From IMG/VR virus record IMGVR_UViG_3300009455_000007: DNA of 64,000 bases; one strand, given 5' to 3'. Positions 18,268 through 27,272 of the stretch are shown one piece after another (within the stretch, counting starts at the first letter, position 1; every line of letters begins with the position of its first letter). The position numbers were made by a program, and so were the translations under genes. Below the pieces are notes generated by a model. The model searched no databases. It had not been told where the DNA came from and saw nothing but the letters and a program-made list of their open reading frames with translations. The stretch is from an uncultured virus (IMG/VR IMGVR_UViG_3300009455_000007) (Duplodnaviria; Heunggongvirae; Uroviricota; Caudoviricetes).

Positions 18268-18869
18268 AACAGGCGGAGGAGGTAGCCGGGACCCTCGGCC
18301 ACCCCTCGAAGATGCCGGGCTACAGCTACGGCCTGCCCGCGAAGCGGTGCCAGGTAGGCAGCGTCCTGGTGAAGCTACCCAACACAGTGTGCTCGAAGTG
18401 CTACGCGCTGAAGGGCAACTACCGGTTCGACAGCATCCAGCAAGGACTGGAGCGAAGATGGAGAAGCCTGACCGACCCCAGATGGGTCGAAGCGCTTACC
18501 TTCATGATCCGTTACCGCCAATGCGAGTTCTTCAGGTGGCATGACAGTGGCGACATTCAATCGAACGATCACCTTGAAAAAATTGCGGACGTTGCGACGC
18601 GCTGCGCATCTACAAAATTCTGGCTCCCCACCCGCGAAAAAGATTACGTGCACACCTTCCTGCGTGTGCATGGGGCTTTCCCCCGCAACTTGGTCGTCAG
18701 GGTTTCAGGAACACTCATTGACGGACCACCGCCCGCTGGATTCACTCACACCAGCACCGTAGTCAAGGACGGCGCGACTTGCCCTGCGCACCTGCAGGAC
18801 AACCAGTGCGGTCCGTGCCGTGCATGCTGGGATCCCCGTCGAAAGAACATCTCCTACAAGAAGCACTGA
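18264..18869 (+). CDS. GP88-like (radical-SAM-related) protein
   Basis: SKMPG.S..LPA..C, CSKCYA.KG.Y, FRWHDSGD, WLPTRE, terminal C..C..C..CW. Confidence 0.75.
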   Translation: MKQAEEVAGTLGHPSKMPGYSYGLPAKRCQVGSVLVKLPNTVCSKCYALKGNYRFDSIQQGLERRWRSLTDPRWVEALTFMIRYRQCEFFRWHDSGDIQSNDHLEKIADVATRCASTKFWLPTREKDYVHTFLRVHGAFPRNLVVRVSGTLIDGPPPAGFTHTSTVVKDGATCPAHLQDNQCGPCRACWDPRRKNISYKKH

Positions 18870-19165
18870 TGGAACTAATCCCCTCAATCAATTGGCCCAG
18901 CCGCAACACAAAGGCGATGCAACTACGTATTGGCGGTGTGTATCTCTTTTACTCGTACGACACCCTGATCGGCGCGCTACTCACTGGCAGGAACCCCAAG
19001 ATGCTGCGAGTGAAAAACACCTGGGGGCCGACGACTGGCAAGCACATCAAGATCGACCATGAAATCGAGAGCTACGACATCGTAAGCGCGCAAGAACTGC
19101 ACGAAGCAGTTAATCATTACCTCGCCCAGTACTTCCAGTCCCAGTTGCGCGAGAAGTTCTTGTGA
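18869..19165 (+). CDS. hypothetical protein
   Basis: TGATG coupling; FYSYDT..N.WGPTTGKH. Confidence 0.65.
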   Translation: MELIPSINWPSRNTKAMQLRIGGVYLFYSYDTLIGALLTGRNPKMLRVKNTWGPTTGKHIKIDHEIESYDIVSAQELHEAVNHYLAQYFQSQLREKFL

Positions 19166-19992
19166 GGCCGACGAGATACGTGCCCTGCCACGAGTGCGGC
19201 GGCAAAGGCTCACTGCCTGGCAACTTCTGTTGCACACGGTGCGGCGGCTGCGGCCGCGCCCCCGATCCCCCGAACACGGAGCGAAAAATGCGCGTTGTTG
19301 TAGTGGGAATGCTAGGCCGACAAGAGCAAGAAGTCGGCGCAAAGAAATTCAAGAACCTGGACATACGGTTTGCGAACAAAGGCAGCAGGTACGGGCTTAG
19401 CCAAGCCGCGCTGCTCGACAACGCTGACCGGATCTACGTGATGACGAAGTTCGTCAGCCACTCGCTTACACAAGGCTTGGACCGCGCGAAGACGGTCATG
19501 CTCCACGGTGGCTTCAGCACGCTCCGCAAGGCACTGGCCACGCTCAACGACACCGTAGGCGCCACCGGCGCCCCTGAACTCACTCATCAAGAACAGACCG
19601 AGGAAGACATGCCCGAGAAGTACGATTTCAGCGCGATCACCAAAGCAGCGGTGTCGGACGTCCTTGTGTTCCCCCGTGCCCCCGACTGCACGATGAAGCA
19701 GTGGGAGCTGAAGGTCACCGGCGCACGCAGCTACTACAAGCGCAGCAAGGGGATCAACAGCGTGCAGGAGACGAAGGATGGTGCGGTCGAGGTGCTGATT
19801 ACCGGCATCCCCGCTCCGTATTCCGAGAAGCCGCCTGCCCAGGAGACTGCCGCAGCTGCAGTACCCGGATCGTCGAAGTCCAAGTTCTGGCAGGAGGTCT
19901 TCATGCTCTCCATGCACCAGAACCCCGGCATGACTGTCGCTGAGCATGCCTCGCGCGCCAGCCTGGCTACGAGCATGTGCCCCGAGGAGTGA
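19162..19992 (+). CDS. zinc finger + DUF2325-like multidomain protein
   Basis: CHECGGKG..CTRCGGCG; VVVVG..AD.IYVMTKFVSH. Confidence 0.6.
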   Translation: MRPTRYVPCHECGGKGSLPGNFCCTRCGGCGRAPDPPNTERKMRVVVVGMLGRQEQEVGAKKFKNLDIRFANKGSRYGLSQAALLDNADRIYVMTKFVSHSLTQGLDRAKTVMLHGGFSTLRKALATLNDTVGATGAPELTHQEQTEEDMPEKYDFSAITKAAVSDVLVFPRAPDCTMKQWELKVTGARSYYKRSKGINSVQETKDGAVEVLITGIPAPYSEKPPAQETAAAAVPGSSKSKFWQEVFMLSMHQNPGMTVAEHASRASLATSMCPEE

Positions 19993-19995
19993 TCC

Positions 19996-20391
19996 ATGGG
20001 AACGAACCTGCCGCCCTTGCATAGGGATCTAGCCGCGGCGCTTCGCCGCCTGCTCGAGAACCCGCACGCCTTGGAGACCAGGGAAGCTGCGAAGGCAGCG
20101 CTGCGCCGATTCGACGCGAATGTCGAGGCGTACGAAAAGAACAAGAAGTACGTTGAGAAACCCAAGCACGTCGTTGTAGGTGCACGGTGGTTCGCAACTT
20201 TCCAGGCTGCGCTCAACCAGGCTCGCGAAGAGGGATTCGACGGCACGATGTGCACGCTGGTGAAGCGCGTCCAAGAAGGGCAGCCGTGGGAGAAATGCAT
20301 CGAGCCGATCCAGCCGCGCTACAAGAACCAAGGCGGTACGCGGCGCACGAAGCAGCAGAAGCATGAAGACCTCATGCGCCGATACACGTGA
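19996..20391 (+). CDS. hypothetical protein
   Basis: GAGGAG SD. Confidence 0.65.
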   Translation: MGTNLPPLHRDLAAALRRLLENPHALETREAAKAALRRFDANVEAYEKNKKYVEKPKHVVVGARWFATFQAALNQAREEGFDGTMCTLVKRVQEGQPWEKCIEPIQPRYKNQGGTRRTKQQKHEDLMRRYT

Positions 20392-20401
20392 AGAGGTCCT
20401 G

Positions 20402-20572
20402 ATGAAGAAACCAACTGCCGACGAGCTCTACGAAGCCAAGTACACCCGGATTGCCCTGGAAGCGCTCAATGGCGAGCCGCTACGGCGAGATCTGAGGGGT
20501 TCGCGGTGGGTGTGGGCCGCAGTTTTCATCCTGGCGGCCATCTATTTCTTATGGAGGGTGTATGGACGATAG
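20402..20572 (+). CDS. small membrane protein
   Basis: GAGGT SD; C-terminal hydrophobic helix. Confidence 0.55.
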   Translation: MKKPTADELYEAKYTRIALEALNGEPLRRDLRGSRWVWAAVFILAAIYFLWRVYGR

Positions 20573-20750
20573 GTTCATTCCGGCATGCAATGAAAAACAT
20601 GCAGTGGTAGTAGATATTCCGATCGCCAAGTACAACGCTTTGGAGCGTTCAGAAGAGCTTGCGTACACGTGGGTGAAGCAGATCGCCGCATTCCTTAACC
20701 AGGCCGACGCTTCCCTGCTCAACATATCCAAGATCACCAAACCCCTCTAA
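20562..20750 (+). CDS. hypothetical protein
   Basis: GGAGG SD; ends before terminator. Confidence 0.6.
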   Translation: MDDRFIPACNEKHAVVVDIPIAKYNALERSEELAYTWVKQIAAFLNQADASLLNISKITKPL

Positions 20751-20755
20751 CAACG

Positions 20756-20784
20756 AAGCCCGGGAATCCCGGGCTTTTTATTTT
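20756..20784. terminator. terminator at convergence of early and late halves
   Basis: AAGCCCGGG-AAT-CCCGGGCTT stem with TTTTTATTTT on + and a weaker T run on -. Confidence 0.85.
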
Positions 20785-20818
20785 GGCCGGAACGGCCATG
20801 GGCAGGCGCTACGGCGGC

Positions 20819-20959
20819 TCATATGCCACCAATCGGCTCTTGCTCGGGGGTCAGCGTACCGGCGCCGGTGAGGGTGCGCTTGATGAAATACCCGGCGACC
20901 GCCGGGACGACGAGTGCGGCCGCGGCGGCTGCCGCGGCGTCCCAGAACGAGTCGATCAT
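20819..20959 (-). pseudogene. chimeric 46-aa ORF remnant
   Basis: Hydrophobic N-terminus fused to RTLTGAGTLTPEQE, which also occurs in the gene at 25264-26352. Confidence 0.45.
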
Positions 20960-21105
20960 GCCCACGAGGTGACCTCGCGAGCGGAGAAATTACAGGGGGG
21001 TTGAATACGCGCTGCCGCGAGCATGGTGTCCTCCGGACTTCGGATGGACCGTGCTCATGCGCGGTTTGGTATGGCGCGGACTCTACGTACGCAGGGGCCG
21101 CGGTG

Positions 21106-21552
21106 TCAACTCGGGGTGTACATATACAGCCGGACGTCGGTGATGCTGCCGCCGGTTCCGTCGCCGCCGCCAAAGTTGAACCGGATTTGCGAAAACGTAC
21201 TAATGCTCGCGAACTGAAGGTGCTCGTCGAAGGTGCCGGCCGCGTATCGCTGCACGCCTTGCACAGCGCCGCTGGTCGACTCGATCGTTGGGTAGACGTA
21301 ACCAGGGCCGCTTTTCGAGACAAGGCGATACGAAAGCCTGAGCCTGAGTATGCTTACCCCGACCAACTTCGTAGGCTGCCGGATATTCGTGGACCCGTCG
21401 GCAACGCACGTCGCAACGCCGCCTCCGAGCGTCCAGTCGGTGGAAGTTTGCGTCCACTCCGACGCGTCGACGAAGGTGCCGTTGAGCACGACGTTCGACG
21501 AGTAGTCGTACATCGGCCCGAAAAAAAACATGGCCGCGTGGTTTCCGCTCAT
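21106..21552 (-). CDS. putative receptor- or carbohydrate-binding tail-tip protein
   Basis: NVVLNGTF..W..W beta-sandwich-like start; last gene of the fibre module. Confidence 0.55.
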   Translation of the reverse strand: MSGNHAAMFFFGPMYDYSSNVVLNGTFVDASEWTQTSTDWTLGGGVATCVADGSTNIRQPTKLVGVSILRLRLSYRLVSKSGPGYVYPTIESTSGAVQGVQRYAAGTFDEHLQFASISTFSQIRFNFGGGDGTGGSITDVRLYMYTPS

Positions 21553-21926
21553 GTCAAGCCGATCCCCGATACCAGCCACTCGGCGCCTTCGACTCGAACG
21601 AGTGTCGCGACGGAGCCAGAGGCCATGCTGATACTTCCTGTCCCTACCGACCACGTTTTTCGCAGTGTGACGCCAGTCCCCGGAGTCAACGTGACTAGCC
21701 CGTTCGGAGCGCTGACACAGACGACGGTGCCGAACGGAAACGCCGTCATGGACTGCCCCGGTATCGTGAGGGCGAGCGACGAACCCGAAAGGTATTTCAT
21801 GATGATGTGCCCGCCGGCGTCACGTCGCTGCAGGTTGGTAGAGACGGTAGCGATTCGAGGAACCAGCGTGGTCCAGTGCTTCGACAAATCGCCTGCCGCG
21901 CATCCAGGTAGCAGCCCGGCATTCAT
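21549..21926 (-). CDS. tail fibre-associated protein
   Basis: LTIP..AFP.GT..VTL..G.GVTL..ATL..EW.V.G fibre C-terminal pattern. Confidence 0.65.
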   Translation of the reverse strand: MNAGLLPGCAAGDLSKHWTTLVPRIATVSTNLQRRDAGGHIIMKYLSGSSLALTIPGQSMTAFPFGTVVCVSAPNGLVTLTPGTGVTLRKTWSVGTGSISMASGSVATLVRVEGAEWLVSGIGLT

Positions 21927-22318
21927 CAGAAGCTACCGGCGCGCGTCACGCAGATGTTGATCGCTTCCGCCTTTTCCGTGGACGCGTACAAGATTGCGCT
22001 GCCGTTTGGAAGGATCCACGCCAGATCGTTGAGCACCCAGCTCCACGCCGGGTTCGATGACGACACCGTGTTCGCGGTCACCTGCACTTCGTAGATCAGG
22101 CGCTTTGTCGTGCCGCCGTCGAGGCTCAGGAAGAAGCGCACCATGCCGGCGGTAGTGGTGACCGTCGCCTTCAGGATGATGTCGTCCACGCGAGTGCCGT
22201 TGGTGGCGCCAGTGAGGACAGTGGCGATGGTGCCCGAGCCGTCGCGCGCCGTGTTCACAGTGCTGACCTGGGCAAGGGCAGCGACGGGAGTCGCTGCATA
22301 CGAAGCGTTTGTCGCCAT
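21926..22318 (-). CDS. virion structural / fibre-associated protein
   Basis: Thr/Ala-rich beta protein, coupled to neighbours. Confidence 0.7.
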   Translation of the reverse strand: MATNASYAATPVAALAQVSTVNTARDGSGTIATVLTGATNGTRVDDIILKATVTTTAGMVRFFLSLDGGTTKRLIYEVQVTANTVSSSNPAWSWVLNDLAWILPNGSAILYASTEKAEAINICVTRAGSF

Positions 22319-22515
22319 CAGAAAACTCCGAATGCTTGGAGAACGAAGTCAGGCGTGCCGCCACCGCTCGTAGCGTTGGCGACGAATGCCGTCGTCGCGA
22401 CGCGAGTGCTGCTGTCGCCGGCTGTCGGCGTGGTCGAGGTGAGGTAGTCCCCCGCCTGCAGCTGTTCGATGTCGCCTGGCGTTGCGCCGCCGACGAAGGG
22501 CTTCTTGTCAGCCAT
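22318..22515 (-). CDS. short fibre-like protein
   Basis: TPTAGDSSTRVATTAFV fibre motif; N-terminus resembles that of the 682-aa fibre. Confidence 0.65.
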   Translation of the reverse strand: MADKKPFVGGATPGDIEQLQAGDYLTSTTPTAGDSSTRVATTAFVANATSGGGTPDFVLQAFGVF

Positions 22516-22516
22516 A

Positions 22517-24565
22517 TCAGAGCTTGATGACCGGACCGATGTTGATTGCCATCTTCGTCGTGCTCATGCCGACGCCGACCTTCACCACGAAACCACTGGT
22601 GGGCTTGGTGCTGGTCAGCTTACCAGCCGTCGCATTCGACAGGTAGTAGGTAGCCCCGAACGTGAGGCCACCGGTCTGTCCGGTCACGGCGTCCCACTGC
22701 CCGGTGGTCGCTGCCAGGAAGCCGCTGTTTGCGATCGCGCCAGCTGCCGCGCTGTTGATGCTCACCGCTGCGACCAAGCCGACGACGACCGTGGTGCTGG
22801 ACGCGTTGGCGTTCGCCAACTTGACGCTGTCAGCGGCGCTCGAATACACCGCGTGGCCGATGGCGATCGCCGACGCTTCACCATTGGTGAAGTTGTCAGT
22901 CACCACCGATGCCGAACCGGTCGTACCGGCAGTGACGCGGCCGTAGGTGTCGACGGTGACGCTGTTGTAGGTGCCGGCGCCGACGCCGGTGGTCGCCAGG
23001 TCGACGGTCGGGTTGCCGCTGACGCCGTCGCCATTGGTGACCGTGATGCGCGAGGCCGACGCCGTGGCGATCGAGCGCTGCGCCCAGGTATCGGCGGCCG
23101 TGCGCACCGCAATACCGGTGCTGCTCAACGCTTCGACGGCGGCCAGGTCGTTGGTCAGCGCCAGCGTCGGGTTTCCCGCCACGCCGCTGCCGTTGGTGAC
23201 GCTGATACCGGCAGCAGGGCCGACGATCGTGCGCGACACGCCGGTGCCAACACCCGTCTTCGTCCACAGGCCGGTGGTGGCGTCGGTCGCCAGCGCGGTC
23301 AGGTCCGAGTCCAGCAGCGCGCTGATGTCCGCCGCGACGACCGCGGTGGTGCCACTGACGCGGCCGTAGCTGTCGCGGGTGATCTTCAGGAACGTGCCCG
23401 CACCACTGTCGGTAAGGGTCGCAAGGTCGATGTCGTCGGCGTTGACGACGATGCGCGCGGTCGACGCGGTGGCGACGTTGAGCGTGTTCCCCGTCTTGGT
23501 CAGACCTGCGCCGGCAGTGACCTGGCCCAGGCCCGAGGTCTGCGTCCAGGTGATCGCGGTGGTGCCGATCGTCACCGTGCCGTCGTTGGTCACCGTCCAG
23601 CCGGTATCGGCCTGCGTGGTGCCTTCGTCGACCCATACCGTCGCGCCGCCATCGAGTTCGGTGCCGCCATCTGCGTCGGTCGCGCGGGTCCACGCGCCGG
23701 CCGCCACCACATAGATGCCGTTCTGGCTGCCGGTGGACTGGTTCTTGACCAGCACGCGGTCGCCAGCGACGACCGAGACGCCGTCGATGGTCTGCGGCGC
23801 GGACAGCGTGATATTCGCCGTGGTCGCAGCGCGCACCGACTCCTTGTACTTCAGGCCGGCAGCCAGGCCATCTGCGTACTGCTTGGTGACCGCGTGCATC
23901 GCGCTCGACGGGTCAGCATGCAGGGTCAGGAACCCGGTCATGGTGTCGCCGCCGACGTTGACGTAGGACGAGTCGACCAACGCAGTGATATCGCCCGCCA
24001 CCACCGACGTGGTACCGCTCACGCGGCCGTAGCTGTCGCGGGTGATCTTGAGGAACGTGCCCGTGCCGCCATCGGACAGCGTGGCGAGGTCGATGGTCGG
24101 TGCGCCGGCGACACCGTCGCCGTTGGTGACACCGATTCGGCCCGCGGTGCCGGTGACGGCGCGCGTGGTCCAGGTGTCGGCCGCCGTGCGCACCGCGATG
24201 CCCGTGGTGGCCAGGCCTTCAACGGCGGCAAGATCGTTGGTCAGCGCGAAAGTGCTGTTGCCGGCCACGCCGTCCGCGTTGGTGATGCTGATGCCCGCCT
24301 CGGGCGCGACGAGCGAGCGAGCGGCAGCGGTGCCGGCGCCGGTGCGAACCAGGTATCCGGCGCTCGAGACACCGGCCAGCGCCGCGAGATCGGCGTCGTA
24401 CGCCTGCACGTCGGTGCCGATGCTGAGTCCGAGGGCGGTGCGAGCGCCGGCCGCGGTGGTCGCGCCGGTACCGCCGAAGGCGACGCCGACGGTATCACCC
24501 GACTGGAAGTTCTCGACGTCGACGCCGTTGGTCGCGCCAATTTTGAGGGGGGTTTGGTCGGCCAT
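22517..24565 (-). CDS. long tail fibre-like protein with internal duplication
   Basis: Gly/Thr/Ala-rich; DRVLVKNQ..NGIYVV; repeated D.YGRV units. Confidence 0.8.
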   Translation of the reverse strand: MADQTPLKIGATNGVDVENFQSGDTVGVAFGGTGATTAAGARTALGLSIGTDVQAYDADLAALAGVSSAGYLVRTGAGTAAARSLVAPEAGISITNADGVAGNSTFALTNDLAAVEGLATTGIAVRTAADTWTTRAVTGTAGRIGVTNGDGVAGAPTIDLATLSDGGTGTFLKITRDSYGRVSGTTSVVAGDITALVDSSYVNVGGDTMTGFLTLHADPSSAMHAVTKQYADGLAAGLKYKESVRAATTANITLSAPQTIDGVSVVAGDRVLVKNQSTGSQNGIYVVAAGAWTRATDADGGTELDGGATVWVDEGTTQADTGWTVTNDGTVTIGTTAITWTQTSGLGQVTAGAGLTKTGNTLNVATASTARIVVNADDIDLATLTDSGAGTFLKITRDSYGRVSGTTAVVAADISALLDSDLTALATDATTGLWTKTGVGTGVSRTIVGPAAGISVTNGSGVAGNPTLALTNDLAAVEALSSTGIAVRTAADTWAQRSIATASASRITVTNGDGVSGNPTVDLATTGVGAGTYNSVTVDTYGRVTAGTTGSASVVTDNFTNGEASAIAIGHAVYSSAADSVKLANANASSTTVVVGLVAAVSINSAAAGAIANSGFLAATTGQWDAVTGQTGGLTFGATYYLSNATAGKLTSTKPTSGFVVKVGVGMSTTKMAINIGPVIKL

Positions 24566-24580
24566 GGGTATGGTTCTCGG

Positions 24581-25267
24581 TTAAAGGCGAATTTGCGACC
24601 CGAGCTCGATCAGGAACTCAGTGGTTGAAACGGCGTAGCCGACCGGCGCGATGAACTCTCCGGACGAAGACGGTTTGAACGGCGTCATGCCGCCGGTAGG
24701 CGTGAGGTAGTAGGTCTGCTCGGCAGCGAGGCCGCCTGGAATCCCGGTCGCGGCTTCCCATTCGGGAATCGTCAGCACCAACGGCCCGCCGCTCTGCACG
24801 CGCCCGACCTGACCCTGGAGGATCTGGTCGTCGTACACCAGCCCGACGACTTCGTTGTACGGTGCGGCGCAGGTCGCGCGATACAGCTTTCCGCCGAACT
24901 TCGCGACCGGCGTGCCGCGCGTCAACGGCCCGGGGTGGTTGCTTTCGTAGCTGGACAACAGGGTGCTGCCGCCGCTGCCGCCATCCAGCCCGGGCGGCCC
25001 CTGCACGCCAACGCCTCCGGATACGACAGTGCGCACGACGTCGCGCAACGCAACCACCTGCCGCTGCGCACCGTTGTTAACCACGCGCGCGCTGCTGCTG
25101 CGCACCGCGACCACGGGCGATACGGGCCGGGCGACCACCGTCGCGCCGGCCTGCTGCGCCGAGACTGTCGCACCGGCGTTCTGCACCGTGACCTTCGTGA
25201 CGCACCCACTCCCGCCCTGTTCGGTCGAGAGCTGGCCATCGGTGACGCTGGCGAGTGTGTCGCTCAT
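24581..25267 (-). CDS. fibre-associated protein
   Basis: GVQGPPG collagen-like triplets; C-terminal domain like that of the long fibre. Confidence 0.7.
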   Translation of the reverse strand: MSDTLASVTDGQLSTEQGGSGCVTKVTVQNAGATVSAQQAGATVVARPVSPVVAVRSSSARVVNNGAQRQVVALRDVVRTVVSGGVGVQGPPGLDGGSGGSTLLSSYESNHPGPLTRGTPVAKFGGKLYRATCAAPYNEVVGLVYDDQILQGQVGRVQSGGPLVLTIPEWEAATGIPGGLAAEQTYYLTPTGGMTPFKPSSSGEFIAPVGYAVSTTEFLIELGSQIRL

Positions 25268-26352
25268 GTGCGCGTGATCGTCGAAGCGGTGCGGCCGTTG
25301 CCGGTGATGGTCTGGTCGATGTCGGGGTCGTTGCTGTCGCCGACGAAGCGCCGGCTCGGCGTAGCCGACACGGGCTTCGCCGGATCGAGGCCGGACATCT
25401 GCCACAGCTCGAACAGCTGCGTCTCCTGCTCAGGGGTCAGCGTGCCGGCGCCGGTGAGGGTGCGCACGGCGTAGGCCCAGACCGCGGCGGCGACGGCCTC
25501 GGCCGTCAGCTCGCCGGTTTCGGCCGAGACCGTGATGGTGGCGCTCATACTGCCGGAGGCGTACGGCGTCGCCGTCAGTCCGCCACTGCCCACCAGCACG
25601 CTGTCGAGGTGCGCCGGCGCCGAGATCCCGGCGACCAGCGTGCTGTCGCCATCCAGCGACGCCTCCATGAACCACGCGCCGGTGATGGCGGCTGCCACGC
25701 TGCCTGCGCCTGCGAGCGCGGCCGCGGCCAGCACGACCATGTTGGCGTCGGCGGTGGTGATCTCGCCCAAGCCCGCCAGTGCCGCGGCCGCTTCCAGGCT
25801 ACCGGCGATGCTGGCAGTCAGCAGACCAGAGCCGGCCAGCATGGCGGCGGCTTCAAGCAGCGAACTCAGGTTCGCGCTGGTGATCGTGCCGACGCCGGCG
25901 AGGGACGAGACCGCTTCCAGCTTCCCGGTGATATCGCCTGCGAGCACGCCCACGCCGGCCAGTGCCGCAACAGCCTGGATGATCGGGACGAGGCCGGCAT
26001 AGTCGACCTGCCCCACGCCGCCGATCGCCGCTTCAGCGTTCAGGCCGCCGGCCAGGTTCGCGGCATCGACCGCACCAGCGCCGCCGACGCGGGTGTAGGT
26101 GGACATGCCGCCGGCCGTTTTCGGCAGCAGCCACGCGCTCGGCGCCAGGTGGCCGTTCGGAACGGCCGACAGCGCGTTGACGCCGGCCGTCGTATGCTCA
26201 CCCGACCGGAAGTTGTTGAACACACCATTCCCGGACAGCAGCGCGCCGCGCATGGCGTTGACGCCCAGCCCGTAGATCCCGGCCACGCCATTGCCACCGA
26301 ACACGCGGTTCACGTGCGTGTGCAGGCGCATGCCGTTGACCTTCAGGGCCAC
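25264..26352 (-). CDS. Ala/Gly-rich repeat virion protein
   Basis: GTG start at 26352; repeated L.A.A.L.G.G units. Confidence 0.7.
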   Translation of the reverse strand: MALKVNGMRLHTHVNRVFGGNGVAGIYGLGVNAMRGALLSGNGVFNNFRSGEHTTAGVNALSAVPNGHLAPSAWLLPKTAGGMSTYTRVGGAGAVDAANLAGGLNAEAAIGGVGQVDYAGLVPIIQAVAALAGVGVLAGDITGKLEAVSSLAGVGTITSANLSSLLEAAAMLAGSGLLTASIAGSLEAAAALAGLGEITTADANMVVLAAAALAGAGSVAAAITGAWFMEASLDGDSTLVAGISAPAHLDSVLVGSGGLTATPYASGSMSATITVSAETGELTAEAVAAAVWAYAVRTLTGAGTLTPEQETQLFELWQMSGLDPAKPVSATPSRRFVGDSNDPDIDQTITGNGRTASTITRT

Positions 26353-26354
26353 TG

Positions 26355-27269
26355 TCAGCCGCCCCAGCCCACGTCGGCGGAGACCATGACCGGGCTGGTG
26401 GTGGTGGTCGCGCCGGTCTGGAACAGCAGGAACCGCAGGCACGCGCCGTCGCGGATGCGCGGCAGGCTCGGCAGCTGGTTCACGAAGTCGCGCTCAGTCA
26501 GGATGCCGTTGGACGGGATCGGGATCTGCCACAGCGGCTTGACCAGGTGCAGCACCAGCTGCCCGGTGCCGGTGTAGGCCGTGCCGCCAGTCAGGGTGAA
26601 GTTCTCCAGGTCCTTGATGCCGTTGTTGTACCCCACCGCCAGCGGCAGGAACGGGCCGTAGCGCGTGGCCGCGTTGCCCGAGTGCGGCACCATGCCGGTG
26701 ACCGGCGTGGCGGCGAAGCCGACGGTGGCCGGCGCGGTGCGCCCGGTGGTGCCGTCCGGCGCGGTGTAGGTGAACACCGTCAGGTTCGGGCCGCCGGCGG
26801 TCGGCGCGACTTCGGTCGAGAAGTACGCACGCAGGCCGACGCCGTTCGGGTAGCGGTCCACCTTCGCGCCGGTGTTGCTGATCGGGGTCATGGTGATGGT
26901 GCGCGAGCCGGTACCGGTCACGTCTGCGCCGGTGATCGGCACGTAGCCGACCTGGTCGACGCACATCAGGATCCATGGCGCGCCCGCGGCCGCGAACACG
27001 GTCGCCGACGCGTTGAGGAAGTGCTTGGTGGCCGCGGCCACGTCGCCGCCGTGGTAGACCGCGCCCTCGGACCAGGTGTCGTCGGTCGGCACGAAGGTCA
27101 GCGAGGTGCCGGCGTAGGTGCTGGCCGGCACGGAGCCGGTGGCAGTGCCGAGATCGGTCCAGGTGCCGGCCACGCCGGCGACCGCCGTGGTCTTCTGGTA
27201 GTCGATGCGCTCGTACTTGTCGTTGACGGTGATCTGGTTCAGCAGGTCGTCTTGCGAGGTGAATCCCAT
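26355..27269 (-). CDS. virion structural protein
   Basis: 304-aa ORF, paralogous to upstream gene (RY..G.G.R, PFLPLA.G..G.K). Confidence 0.75.
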   Translation of the reverse strand: MGFTSQDDLLNQITVNDKYERIDYQKTTAVAGVAGTWTDLGTATGSVPASTYAGTSLTFVPTDDTWSEGAVYHGGDVAAATKHFLNASATVFAAAGAPWILMCVDQVGYVPITGADVTGTGSRTITMTPISNTGAKVDRYPNGVGLRAYFSTEVAPTAGGPNLTVFTYTAPDGTTGRTAPATVGFAATPVTGMVPHSGNAATRYGPFLPLAVGYNNGIKDLENFTLTGGTAYTGTGQLVLHLVKPLWQIPIPSNGILTERDFVNQLPSLPRIRDGACLRFLLFQTGATTTTSPVMVSADVGWGG

Positions 27270-27272
27270 GTC

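Noticed and set aside
10945..18869. Z-base or 7-deazaguanine DNA modification pathway
   Set aside because: No purZ-, folE-, queC/D/E- or dpdA-like gene recognised in the window.
20837..25465. Diversity-generating retroelement TR/VR pair
   Set aside because: Only 43 bp, differences are synonymous and not adenine-specific, and no reverse transcriptase is seen.
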